Origin: Dudresnaya verticillata
Taxonomy: Eukaryota
Reading direction: 5' to 3'
Assembly (NCBI GenBank): GCA_977862235.1
Contig: OZ374564.1
Coordinates: 1,736,001-1,800,000, forward strand
Length of the DNA: 64,000 bases
Shown here piece by piece: positions 11,501 to 24,617 of this stretch (its first letter is position 1; each line of letters opens with the position of its first letter). The notes under the pieces were generated by a model. The model ran no database searches. It had not been told where the DNA came from and was given only the letters and a program-made list of their open reading frames with translations. A program made the translations under genes and the position numbers.

Positions 11501-14500
11501 GGTCAGAGAAGAGGAAATACCCACTCCTGTACTGTAGAAGCATGACAGTGCCATAGTAGACTTACATCTTCGTGAATGCCGACGACTGTAGTCCACAGCC
11601 TTATCAGTATTCGATTCTGTCTTTGGGAACGGTGGGGGCGACGAAAGCACAGCGTACTACGCTCGAATATGTTATCGTCAATGTTAGCCTTTCAATGAAT
11701 CCTGATGTGCTCGGGGACAAGATATCTAACGAATTGTAAGCTCTTTTCTATCCATGGAGGCGATATGTTATAACAACGTTACTATTATCGATATTGGACC
11801 ATCTTTGCTTGTGCCAGTCTTAATTGTTTCGAACAAAAGCTAGTTTTGTCGTGCGTGACGCTCTTGCCGCCCTTTTATTGTTTTACTAAAAAGGAGTGCT
11901 TGTGGAAGTACTGAAGAAGAGTGTTTGTGGAGGAAACTAAAACTAAGTACAGGCCATTATGCTATAGATAGCACAACTCCCGCTGCGAAAGGAAGAAGGA
12001 GTATGCAAGCAGCTTCTTTCACTGGCAAACAGAGTAGGGAAAAAAGGCGGAGAACCATTACACTATGCATTATTATCAATCTCTATAATGGAAAGTCATG
12101 ATCTCACCGTTCTTATGGCCAAGCGTACCATTTTCTTTGCGTATAGGTCGGTAGGTATCAGGGCTTACATCCAGCGTCACTTCTTGCGTGTTTGTCAGTT
12201 TTGCACCTCGCGAGGGAAGCGAATAAAACAAAGCGATGCTTTAATCGAATTGCACTAAAAGCGGAAAGGCGGCGAGTGTGGTGAATGATCCGACGAAAAG
12301 CCATAGCGCTGGAACTCGGGTCATAGCAGGTGTGTCACAAGATGACATTGTGCGAAATATAGAGTGTAGAACAAATGACGGTGCAGACCATTAAAAGAGA
12401 AGAAGTTATTCGACGTGCTGTCGGCGGGCCAGTAAAGACCGACCGGCAAACTCGGTCTGTAAGTTGGGGACTGAGTGGCGAGGGGCAAGTGCGGTGCGAA
12501 AGCTGCAAAGATGAGCTGTAGCGGGCGGCAGACCTCAGCCTGCATTGCGTAGAGCCAGCCAGAAAGGGCGAGGCCAAGATAAGTGCAGGGGCAAGCACGA
12601 CAATCAACCACAACAACATCAACAGCTCTAATAGTACAGTAATAGCAGAGCGTGCACGGCATATCATGTTTTTTGTTCTTAGCAGATCTTCTGTGCCGCT
12701 GTCAGCGCATCACGCGGTGAGAGCGGATGATGCTCGGCGCATAATGCGCTGACAGCGGCAGCGGCACAGTACGGCGCGAGGGTGTCGGGCCCCGCTGCAG
12801 ACGTCTTCCTGACACTGGCGGCTGCGGCGCTGCGGTGCGTTCGGATGTCCTGCACAGCGGCACACCCCCCGCACGCCCACTGTCGCGCGGCCGGTGCTGT
12901 AGCAGAATCGCACCGTGCGGTCGGTGCCACTCGTTTTCCGCGTTGCCGCACGGCGGACGTGCATGGCCTGGAGAGTAACTGAAAATCAGGCTGTGGGTCA
13001 CGCAGCTGCACACGCCGCACACCGCACGCACGACCAAGTGCTCTCTGTTGCGGGCAGCGGGTGGCGGATGTTTGGCAAACAAGCTGTTGCTCTCAGCCGT
13101 GATCAGCGTGCGCAACTGTAATTCTTTCTCAAAGCAGTTCCTATCTATGGGAAATTGGTTTGGCTGTACAGCTTCCCACCCACTGTACGATGCATGGCAT
13201 GGCTCTCCGTTAGCACTTTCTTATGCATGTCTCGGGGGTACACAATGTGCGGGACAGAGACTTTTAGCACTATAACTCGAAGACACCCACTTTTTTAAAG
13301 AAAAAATAATACTCACTTCAAAAAATTATTCTTTATTACATGTAATAATAATGGGTATTTCAATAATATTAATTCTGCTGCCACTGCTGCAAATTGAGGG
13401 GGGAATTAAGATACATGAAGAAGTAAAAATCACCGTTGCTCTTCAGCTCGAGTGAGTATGCACATATGCGTTTTTACGTCACAGCTCGAACAGGCTGTAT
13501 TCGCCGGTTTGTTTTTGCCTGTAATATGCAACGAACGAGGATATGCAGGTTGCGAGGTATGCATCGAGCACGGGAATGCTATACACCACACCAAATATGC
13601 AAATAACCACTGGGCTAATCTCACGCCGCTCGGGGTACGCTGCCTCGGGGTGAGAGCCTCGCGTCATGCAAGGCACAGTACAGTACATATATATCCTCAA
13701 GTTTCGCACACAAAACCATTGCATACAGCCCTCTGCTTTCGTTCTCTTGACGAGCGCGCGATGGCTAGTCTCGCGCACCTGTACCACCCGCGGACGTCCC
13801 TACCCCTCTCGGGTAGGCCGAATTCCGGTATTCGTCACACCCCTGCAAAGGCAAAAGATCCGTATGCAAATGTGCCATGGCACTCAGCCCATTTCCCCTC
13901 TAGTCTGACAGCTTCAGTTCAGCTATTTGTTTCTCTAGCCGTCTTGTGGAGCTACAGGATCAACACCGCAACACGATTCAGATATCAAACTTGACTCTGT
14001 TCCAGCTCCGATACCGGGTCCGTAAGCTCGATGATTTTCTTGCAGTACCAGACGTCCTCTCCAGATATTCCCTTGGCACTTGTCAAGATTACAAACGTCA
14101 TCTCCTGTCTCTTGCTTATGACCCCCAGTTCCTGCTCCATTCGGATCTAAAGCCAGACACACAGGTCTTTGCTTTGTTCGCGACAGCCGTACTGTGATCA
14201 GAGCATTCTTGCCAAACTATCATCCTTTGAAACTCCAATATGATCCTGCAGTCCCAGCTCTATCGGCTTTTTGGAGAGCCTCTTGGTAACAATGGCCCCG
14301 CTCAGTACTCCCACAATGGCCTCCATCTCCTCTGTGCTTGATGGTCGTTAATAAATTCAGGTCGAGTGTGGTCGGACTGAATCTCCCAATAGGCCGAAAG
14401 CAGACACACCGCAAATGTGATGCACCGATCGTTGGGAAGTATAAAGTTCTCTTCTAAGCTAGGAGGGGTTGTGTTAACAGAAAACGATTTTACTTTGTCG

Positions 14501-15688
14501 CGATGCCCCCTCTCTTCGCTCGCACACTGCAGAAGCCTCTTGCGTTGCAGTGCAGAACAACTGAGAAGATAAAACAAACGCGTAACTCAAAACAAACCAG
14601 TAGAGCTACGAGCGCCGGCTTGTTGATATACTATTTGTCCAGCCCGGCCCCACCTGGGGCTTGCAGCGCCGCTGCATTCATCAGTTCCGTTCGCGCCCTT
14701 TGGTCGCGTGTGCGTCCAACACAAAGTCAGTACAAAAACGTACTTTGAGTATCCCGTGAGCCCCCCTCGCGCGACAGTACGCGCTCTCCCTTCAAATGCA
14801 TGTCGTGGTATTTTTCGTGCCCTTTCGAACCCCACTGGTCCTCGCGTACTGTTCCCTGTGCCCCATGGGGTCCTGTCGATCGGGCAGCCCTATGGGGCTG
14901 CGGTGAACAACATCGAGGTTGCTGCTTCACTAGTTGCATGCGCATCGATGCATAGATGTATGAGTTCAGCTGCCAAGCCAATTGCACCACAACTCGACCA
15001 CAAGTCGGGCTTCACTCTTTATCCTTCAGCACACATGTGCAGCACTGCAATATTGGCTCCACATCGCTGACTTTTCGAAAGCGCGGATAGCATGCTCATG
15101 TCAATCGCAATCTCCTCCGGAGCTGCCCATAGGGCATCCCCATCCCTCCCCATCCCTCCCCATCCCTCCCCACCCCTCTGCACCCTCTGTATGTTTATAT
15201 CCATGCTGCCGGTTCAATTCTCATCATTTTTGTCGAGACAAGACGAGAGAATGGGTATGGGCGCGCAGCTTAACTGTACAACGGCGAGGCATTTGTCTGT
15301 ATTAAGAGCATTCCTTGTGGAAACTCTCGGCCGCAACCGGTACTGCCTTTCAGTATCAGATCAACAAGAGAGAGAGATACAACCATTAATGAGGACGAAA
15401 AAAGGCCGTAAGAAATAACAAGAAAGCTAGCTGCATGGGTGAAAATCGACAAGGAAGCCCTTAGAAGAAGTTTTGGTTTGAAAGCACTTCAATCATGCCA
15501 TTATGCTCCGCAAATCTCGCTTTTGGCTCTAGTGCCGTCTGCCTACGTGCGCCTTCAGTACCCCCTACATAGAAACCACTGGAAGATGCAGTTTTTTAAA
15601 AGGCCCACGGAAGTCTGAGGCTTTATATGAAACCGAGATAGCATCATGATCATGCACCACGGTCTCGGCTATGGTGATTTTAACATAT

Positions 15689-15778
15689 GTGATGTTGTAC
15701 TTTATTGAATCTTTAAAATGCGCGGTTGCGCGGGCGACTAGGGCCCATTTGCAGGCACACGCCCTACCAACCAGATAT
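15689..15778 (-). repeat. Short LINE-related 3'-end fragment
   Basis: Reverse complement matches 1032-1106, retains the GGGC-cctagtc-GCCC hairpin and ends in ACATCAC. Confidence 0.75.
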
Positions 15779-16020
15779 GTGCAGCGTCACTCTGCTCCCC
15801 ATTCGACAGGAAATCTGGCCGACTGGCCTATTGGCCATTCGCAGCTGAGTCGCGTCTTCATCTACGGATTCCTACGGATTCTTCTGTCCCATCCAACTAG
15901 CTCACTGTTTCTCTTCCAGATCGCATCACCATGCTATGCAGTTCTCTATCATCGCCGCTTGACGGCTCACACCTCTTCTTGCCTGGCAAAGGTTGGTCCC
16001 TCGCATTCTTTCCGGAACCT

Positions 16021-16039
16021 CCCCCCCCCCCCCCCCCCC
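16021..16039. repeat. Poly-C homopolymer (19 nt)
   Basis: Direct reading. Confidence 0.9.
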
Positions 16040-18128
16040 GCGCACATAGCTCTGCTATATGGCACCAAGCTCATCCCCGAGAGGTGCACATGTCGAATAT
16101 CTCATATCACCATTATTCGTAGATGCTTTAGAAATATTTACGCTTCTAGTATGGAGCTCTCTTTTGAAGTATCCAGATATTCCTGCATAAAGTTAATCTC
16201 CCTCACTCTTGCGCGCGCTCGTGAAGGCCGCAATTGGGACCGCGACCGTTAGTTCTTCTATCGGCAACCTCTACTATTCCTGTTAGAGCGTGTGCAGGAA
16301 ATCGCCACCTCATCATAGCGCTCCAGTGCCGACGGGCCTTCGACAATCTGTCTTTCATTCCCTTCAACACTTATTTCTGTTCCAGAGACACTTTCGTAAG
16401 CTCACAATAGCCTTCTTCGTTCTTCTAATTTTCTGTGTTAAGAATCTAGTGAGAGCAACTCCGTGCTGCGACACGCACCAAGCCAATGCTATCGCGGTTC
16501 TGCCAGTTTTCTTGGTCTCCTTTTTTCTTCCCTCCTGACAGCCAGCATTGCCTAAATCTTTCTCGCTACAGAAAAGCTGGATGTGATAGCCTCGTCCCGT
16601 CTGGGGCCTCGCCTATGCCTTTATTATATGACATTCCCCCTGCAGAGCAGGCCAACATTGCCCAACTGCTTACTTCTTAGATCCATCATATTCTAAACAC
16701 ACCATCTATGTATAACGGACAACTATATTGCTACAAGTCCTTCTGAACGTACGTCCCCAATGGAGTTCTAAACGACACACACAACTGTAGCTTACTCTAG
16801 TAGAATCTAACTTGTATCCTTGATGGATATTTGTTTAGAGTTATTGCATTATATGTATACAATATCAGCTCAATACAGTATTGCTAAAATACGAGACTTC
16901 CACTAATACAGTAGTAACGTCTATAGTCTTCTAGACTTTCTGAACTACTAGAATGCTATCTCAAGCTCAGAAGCAGCAAGTCTATAAGAACCCTCAATAG
17001 TTTGTTCACTCTTGATCTAAGGCATCACAACTAGAAGAACTATTATAACACATTCAATTACACTTTCTTATTTTATCTACCAATTCTATACTGTCTTTTA
17101 AGGTCTTCCTACCTCATACTGTGTTTCCCTCCTTTTCTATTAAAGTAGTGCAATCCACCGTTATCGGTATGAGATCGGGTAGATGTTCCGATATGGCCAA
17201 CAACTGTATAGTAGGTCAAGAAGTTAGTATTGCAACAACTGCGATACGCAGTATATAAGCAACTAAGAGGGCAGACGAATATGGACTGCTCGGTACCGAA
17301 GACCGGATCAAGAACTACCAAAGAACGTACCAAGATCTACGATTACATTTCGCACTAGACGTCATACCCTCAACCTGTTGGACTTGGAACTTTACTGCTT
17401 ACCCTCAACCCGTTCGACTCTGTACAACAGTAAAACTGGCAATAAATACCATCGCACTTCAGTCGTTTGATAGGACTTATCCAGGAAAACTACACTGTAC
17501 CATGTTGTCCTAGGACGCAATCTGATCATATTTCTTGAGCTTAACATAAAGGTTGTGCTCTCTATTTCTTGAGATTTTATCGCCCACTATTGTCAACTCC
17601 AGTTGATAAACTTCGATAAATATTCTTCGATAAAAAAACTTTTCCGGGTACTTTCTGGTTATTCCCTCTACGTGAAGAGAGTTACAATCTGATAGCATTG
17701 GTATCCCCTACAGATGTTCAATTTCTATGATCTTTATGATATTGTGTGTTTCCTAGTGTGTGTGTCCAGACATTAAGATATCATGTGTAAGAAATAAACT
17801 CTTACCTGGAGGCGTGGGCATCCTCTGTGGACTACTACTGCATGTGTAGTTTTATGCACTATAGTAGCAGCACGATATGCAAGTGCATGGATTGACAGCA
17901 GTATAGTGTGGTAGCTATCTCTTTTGTAGCTTGTTGAGTAGTTCTTCGGCTAGCGCATAGTTTGTCGTGTAGTGAGAAGGAAGGAATCAGCAAGTAACAA
18001 TGAAAGAAAGGGTGCAGGGCCAATAACAGAGATTGTCTGCACATGCTAGAAAAGACGATGCTTTATCTAGGCCTGTGTAGTGATAGTAGAATAAGCTGAC
18101 TATGGGAGAGTAGTTTGCACCTCCCATA

Positions 18129-18630
18129 GTGATGTTTGATTTTAATGGTTGTTTAGGGTGGTCTTGTGCGGGCGACGATGGCCCATGGGCAAGCACACCG
18201 GCAACCTACAGTTGTTAAGGTTATTCTTGATGAAATCCATTAAAAGTATCCTATCACCGGTAAGGGGGGTGGAGCTATCCTTCGGAAAGGGATCAGTTAC
18301 GTGGGGACCGACTGGGTTGTGGGTGGGAAGTAGACAGGGGAAACGCGTGGCTGCAGGCGTCCCGGATAGATGAGATTGTGTCGGAGATGGCGCAGAGATC
18401 AGCGGCGAGTGGTTCTGGGAGCGACAGGGCTTGGAGAGATTGGGCGAGGGGTCGAACTTCCTCGCGGGCAATTGGGCAGGGCAGCGGAATAGGGAACGTC
18501 CCCAGGTGCCAACGGATTGCTAGTTTCCTGTCTCTGTGGTCTGGTAGCTCCAGGGCTGGTGGTAATCGATGCGAGCTGTACACCGGGGCAGGACGTCGAC
18601 CAGATACCGCCGCACGCCACGCCATTTCAT
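18129..18630 (-). mobile_element. 5'-truncated LINE copy, same family as 1-966
   Basis: Translation WRAAVSGRRPAP...DHRDRKLAIRWHLGTFPIP aligns with WKEALAGRRPAP...DYRDRLLAIRWHLGTFPIP of ORF 18-818. The 3' UTR GGGC..GCCC..GACCACC..AAACAACCATTAAA..ATCAC is conserved. Confidence 0.8.
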
Positions 18631-21597
18631 AGTGGTTGGTATTTATAGTGGTGCTAGAACTACCTAGCCAAGGCACGGTAGTAGGTTTCGATGTCCAAAG
18701 CTAGCACAAAAAGGGTTTGGAGAATTTTCAGAAGCAGAATCGGAACACTTCATCGATATAGACGTTGATACCTGGTCGATCCTATGGATACATTTCGCAG
18801 TACCCGGGCAACATCTGTTCATCAAGGTAAAGCATTTTCCTGTTACCACTGAGCATTCCACTCTCATACAGCCTGTAGCTACATAGTCACACCAATCATA
18901 TAGGGTAACTTCAACTATATGATTGGTGTGACTATGGGAAAGACGATGTCTTACAGACATGGAACTCTTCTCGTCCTCCCGACAGGGCTCTTTTCCTTCC
19001 TACAGCCTATAGTTGAACACCCGCTCCCGGCACCCCCTCCACCTCTTGCGCAAGGGCGCACCGCTGTGAAAGGGCATCGTCGTGTCCCCGATTCTCTGTC
19101 GCCTCGCTTCTCCCCAGCCCCCCGCCTCCCCAAAACCAAGACCGCCCCTACAGCCCGCGCCATTGACAAGAAATCACTGGCATCTATATACCTTCTCCAT
19201 CCCGCGGTAGTGCCCGAAACTTTGAGCCCTATTCCGAACTTGCTTCCAGTATCTCAGCAAACTTAGCAAGACGGAGTCATACCCCGAGCGACCTAGCCGC
19301 CGCATCCGCAAGGATAGCTTCGACGACTAACTGATGTTGCACTGACCATCCCGAGAGGATCAACCCCCTCATTTCACTGGTTCCCACTAGCTTTTAACCT
19401 GTGCTCAAGCTGCTTCCTCTCCCCAAGCTGTTATCTGGGCCTTCGGGCGGGCGCGCTTGCAATGAGCCTTTTTTCGTCCCTGCAGGACCACCCTGTGTAA
19501 CAATAAATCATCACTTTCATCGTAAAGAGCTCTGCAATACGAAAATGGAAGTAACAGCACACATACCTGTACAATATGCCTGTTAGGCCCTGCTGTACAC
19601 GCGCATGCTCGCTTGATGCAATGTGACTCTCTCTGTAGCTCCCAGACGTCAGTTCTGGAAGCAAGATGCGTTTCGTAGGTAAGTGTTTCTTAGTGTTTGT
19701 CTACGGAACGTAACATAGATACAAGCTAAGTGCAGCTTTTCGTACTGCAGCAATGTAATAATTAACCTAGGCCATTCCTTTATGTTTAGGAGTATGTAAA
19801 CTGGGCTACGGACGGTGGATGTCGTTTTAAGGACATCACTTAATCGCTATTGGGCCAAGAAATTCCTGGCAAGATAGTAAGGCGTTTCGGGGTGATGCGG
19901 TGTTGCATCCCAGTGCCCTCCTGCACTAATCCTTCGTCCGACGGCGGACCTGCGGAGTGGACAAGCTCCGCGGCCAGTACTTAACCGCCGAGGCATCGGC
20001 GGGTAGAGGCATTAGGGGAGAGACAAATGAAAAGAGGAGCAGCGAGCTCAGCCCTGATATTGCCCTCTACCATCGCCTCACCTCTCCCTCACCTCGTTCC
20101 TATCAGAGTGCTGGTCTACTCATCGAGATGATACATGCCTTCCTCTATTCTTCAGCACGAGGCCCCACTTCAATTGGTCTGTTAGTATGTCATGAGGCTA
20201 AGGAAATGTGTGAGTGAGGCGAAAGAGCTGGGGCGTCTGACAATCCTACTCGCTTGCGCCTCCGGTTTGAACACGTTGTTGCTGCTTGCACATGTGAGTC
20301 TTCAAATCCAATTGGGGCGGGTAAGGCCCATTTGCAAATGGTTCTTCGCTGCCCTTGCTGGTCTACTCTAAACAGAACGCCAATAAATGAAACTTTGCAA
20401 TTATCGACTATTGGCGGCGTCTCAGTCTTTCTGTGCCACAACTTTACTGTTCCACTGGGCTCGCGATGACTTTACCCTCGAGGGAACTATCGATACGGAG
20501 GCGTTTGTTAAAGCAAAATAAGTCTCCTGCCAATGCATGCAATAACACGGTACAGAACGATACTTCCGCCTCTTCGCTATGCGTTGGACTCCGTTCGCTG
20601 ACTTTGTTGCTACTCGATTGAATACAGTGCAGCACGGATAATGTAAATTTGTTCGTCGTACTGTACGCCTGCGACAACGCGCAAGGAATCTATTGGGACC
20701 TGTTCACAAGACCTCTTGCAATCTACATCTCATTACAACCGCCCGGCTTTGGCACGTTGGACTACTATATACTACTCACCTACGTTCGTGGAATATCAGT
20801 TTCTTGCGCAGTATTCATTGCTTCATACTGCAGATCGTAGCATTCTCTCGATACCTTTTTGCAGTTTGCTGATACCCTAAATTTTTCTTCTTCCGTTCCG
20901 TCATTGTCCAAAAGACACACACGATATCCCTGCCCATCACCCGCACCGCATGTCTAGGCTACACGCCCTCTTTCGCACCGACATCACAACTCTGCGTCTG
21001 GCCTTGCAACATGGTTTGGTGTTGTGTTCTCTTCTATTTGTCTATAACACTGCGCGTTTTGTCCCAGCCCTGTGACCTGTCACCAGCCCACCGCCAACTC
21101 GCAATCCGATCGCATGTGTTCACTCATAGGCCTTTGTTGTCGATGCAATCGCACTTACGACAACCGTCTCATCTCCATACATTTTACTATAGCCTTTCTG
21201 AAATCGGAAAAAAATGTGCCGGTGTGCACAGGTGCCAACGATTCAGAAAGAGATACTGAGCGAAAGTGCTCGCTCACATTCATTATCGAAGCGAACCCAC
21301 CGTTGACATACACTGTTCACTGTCGCAAAATAACCTACCTGCAGGCATCTCCACAGATCAACAAAGCTTTCCGGCATCCAAGCGTAGTTGAAAGTCTTCA
21401 GTCCGACCACCCAGCCTTTTCTCCCGGGACATTCTCCACTGCATTCAGGGAGAAGCCATCAGACCCAATCGGAAGAAAATCACAGTAGATACAATGCCGT
21501 TGTTACGTAGCTTGAACACTTAGCCTCTTAACTTAATGTTTTCGCAGAGAGTATACTCATGTTGGCTTTCCGTTGTTGCTGCCACACAAGGGCAAAA

Positions 21598-22497
21598 CTA
21601 AACCCCGTCCGCTTCGTGGTCCACCAAACCACGAGACTTTTTGCGAATCAGGTTTCTCACCTGACAACCTTCGGCCTCGGAGACCGCCTTTTCCTCGGCG
21701 TGACGAAGAATTGGTAGGATAGCCACCCCGTTCCTTGCCTCGATTCCGTCATCTGCTTCTATCAACTCCTGCTTAAGATCATAAAAGGCGGGGTCATTGT
21801 GAATGTCGTTCACGAGTTTCCACATAGTGTGTGCTCGCGGACATGCCTTCACTTCCTCCAATGCTTCTGTAGTTGTCGGATAAACGAGGGTACGGAAATG
21901 CTGTCCGTTGTACTTCACACCGGTAACAAGGGATGCCATTTCCCCCAATAGGTAGTTCACCAGATGTGGTAGCCTGCGGGAAATATGTTTGCACTTAGGG
22001 CGACGATGGTAGAGAAAACCCGTTGCAATCTCATCGACTCTCTCCCGCAAGACTTCATCAGCATCATAGTATTTGTGAGCAATGGCCTCTTGCTTTATCT
22101 TGTTCTCACCAATGGTTTCCTGCCAGCGAACCACAGTAATCTTTCCTGTTCCGGCGATGTCCCGGTTTTCATCGATAGCATTCTGTAGGGTCTCCACATA
22201 CAGATCGCCACAATGCAAACTGATTTCCAAGGCGTGATCTTCTTTGCATCCGTTACGGCTCCCCCCTCGACCCATTGCCATTATGTTATGCTTGTTCAGG
22301 GCGTCTGCTACCAAAATGATAGAATTGTGAGGCAGCGTTGAAAGGAACTTGATGAGCTGGGGTGCACCTCTAGGCTCGAGCAGGGGAGAATGGGAAATTA
22401 TGCTAATCCCAGCGAAGACACCGGTCTCAGCGAGGTATTCATCACGGAAGTTGAACACGAAGGAAGGGTATGCTTCTAATGGAACTCCTTTGTTCAT
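21598..22497 (-). CDS. Putative tRNA-dependent cyclodipeptide synthase (CDPS, XYP-like), 299 aa, intronless
   Basis: Ordered CDPS-like motifs: VFAGIS (catalytic Ser), IILVAD..NKHN, ITVVRW, VNYLLGEM (Y-x3-E catalytic pair), TLVYP. Size is typical of CDPSs. ATG at 22497 has a TATA-like CATATAAG ~110 bp upstream; the open frame extends to 22689. Confidence 0.7.
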   Translation of the reverse strand: MNKGVPLEAYPSFVFNFRDEYLAETGVFAGISIISHSPLLEPRGAPQLIKFLSTLPHNSIILVADALNKHNIMAMGRGGSRNGCKEDHALEISLHCGDLYVETLQNAIDENRDIAGTGKITVVRWQETIGENKIKQEAIAHKYYDADEVLRERVDEIATGFLYHRRPKCKHISRRLPHLVNYLLGEMASLVTGVKYNGQHFRTLVYPTTTEALEEVKACPRAHTMWKLVNDIHNDPAFYDLKQELIEADDGIEARNGVAILPILRHAEEKAVSEAEGCQVRNLIRKKSRGLVDHEADGV

Positions 22498-22996
22498 AGT
22501 TGTTTTTCGATAGTTGTGGAAATGAAGAGAGGCGACGGAGAGTATGGGGCTCAAAAGCTTGTGCTTGCGTGTTGGTTGGGTTGATCGGACTATTCTGGGT
22601 GTGTGACGCTTATATGGTCGAGCAGGAATTTTTCTAGAGCTGGGCATTCTGGCAGGTAACCGGAACGATAGGGGGTTAAATGTACACAAATTGGATCAAC
22701 CGGGTTTGCGAAGGAGGAGCAGCTGTTGCAAGGAGCAACAAAAATTATGAGGGGTTACGCGATATTGAGAGATGCACTGTGTCAAGGTTGCTCGCAGAAT
22801 TCGTTATTAATTCACACCAAGTGGGGGGTAGGGGTAATCCGCCGCCATGGCTAGGATTGTACAGTTTTCCATTATAGTCGGCCAGGAGTCTTGAGGATGA
22901 GAATAGAATCGGGAACTTCATAGCTTCTGTCATAATGACGGGTTGGACTGCTACACGTAGAGTGGAAGCATTGTTATTTTCTGTGTTTATTTGTTA

Positions 22997-23007
22997 GTGT
23001 GTGTGTG

Positions 23008-23042
<35 letters not shown>

Positions 23043-23044
23043 GT
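22997..23044. repeat. (GT)n microsatellite
   Basis: ~24 GT units with one interruption. Confidence 0.95.
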
Positions 23045-24617
23045 CGAACAAGAATAAAGAAGAGGATAGAGTGGTACGATGCGTAAGGGGGCATGCGTGC
23101 GTGCTGTTGAAGCCCCCAGGTGCGTGCCGCCGCTAAGATACTCCTGTTGAGTAGCTCAAGAGCATCCATTCCCAATCCCAGGCCGTGGCGGAAGGAATGG
23201 ACATCTCTACCGTTGGAATTAACAGCGACGGTTCTATCGGCACTGAAGCTCGTAAAGTCATGCGCTCCATTGGCCACAATGATTCTGAATGCCGTGGTAC
23301 CAATCCCGCTGAGGAAATCTGCTCTCTCATACTTCGTTTTAACTCACAGCTATAGGGCTATCAAGCTATCACCTTTTATTGAGGCCGTCTCAGGCTCCAC
23401 GCACTTGTAACTTCTCAAGGGGAACTTTAGCGTCCCTCCTGCACTTACGTGAAGGTTCCCATCTCTCTGTACACCATAAACAGTGATGGTGGCCACATTG
23501 TGATGGGCACACAACGCATGAATTATTATGAGAGATGTTGGAATGTTATATATGACGGATCAGATGTTGTTTAATTGCGAAGCTCTAACGCCGAAGATGA
23601 AAATCTGAGATGTCACGATCCAATTCGATTTGTGTACAGGTAAATAACGTAATTAAGTTTCACTAGACTAATTGTGAACAGCAAAAAGTGCCCTCTGTTC
23701 AACTAATAACCTGGTCCACTTTATTTATGAATCTAGGTTATTTTGCACTATGTGCAGTAGTAGCGTGTACTATCTTAATTGCGGACATCAATAATAACAT
23801 GGAAGAGTAAAAGAGAGAGTATCAATTTTTTTACACTACCCTTCCTTCAAAGTGGTCACGGTACTGGGCTACAATGCCCTGAAGTTGAGAGGAAAGCTGC
23901 TTCTCTTCCCAATGCCCGCTCACGTTCAAGGATAAGCCGCAAAGAATCATAGCCTTCCTGGAAAAACTCAGGCCATTCCTATCCCTCTGGCTATTAACGT
24001 GGGCAACATCAGCAATGAGGGAAAGAAACAGACTCTTTCCAGGGTTTTTCAACCGCCTGCTAGAGCCATCCACGGCAGCCATCCAGTTGCCCTGCTGGAT
24101 CTGCTGAGACATGAACGCCTCCCAACGGAGTTTTTACGCGTCCTTAATCTTTGATATTATGACTTGATCCGCAGGCTGAACCTTATCTGTAGAGTTGGCA
24201 GGAAACTTGCAAAGCTCTGTATTGATGTTTCCAAGAGCATCATGAACCGCATCGCTTTCAATATGCCCAGAGTAAGAGCATCTCTACCTGTTCGCTATTC
24301 AGTAAATATATACAATGTTTTAGTACAGATAGAATTTCCCATCTCTACCGCGGCGAATCTATCCTAATCGCGTAAAATTTCAATAGAATACCCAACCGAA
24401 AATGTCTATTGCTCACCCCAATAGCGCACGCGCGTGAGGTATTCTATTGCTACACAGTGCCATTCTCTGCTCCATCATTGGTTGCGCAAAGCGCGCGAAG
24501 ACAGAGAGAGGTACTGTACACAGTACCGTCCATCTTCCGCCTCAACCCATGCCACATCGAACACTTCGTCACTCCGCGCTCGCCCACCTCTACATCTCAC
24601 GCACACACATCGCCAAC

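Noticed and set aside
3900..15600. Numerous 60-200 aa ORFs
   Set aside because: Apart from the 8215-8520 peptide, none show recognisable domains; likely chance ORFs or unidentifiable decayed sequence.
17798..17830. ACTCTTACCTGG resembles the U1 snRNA 5' end
   Set aside because: No U1 stem-loop I/II loop motifs (GATCACG, ATTGCAC) or Sm site follow.
19000..23600. Biosynthetic gene cluster around the CDPS-like gene
   Set aside because: No recognisable oxidase, P450, methyltransferase or transporter ORFs in the flanks.
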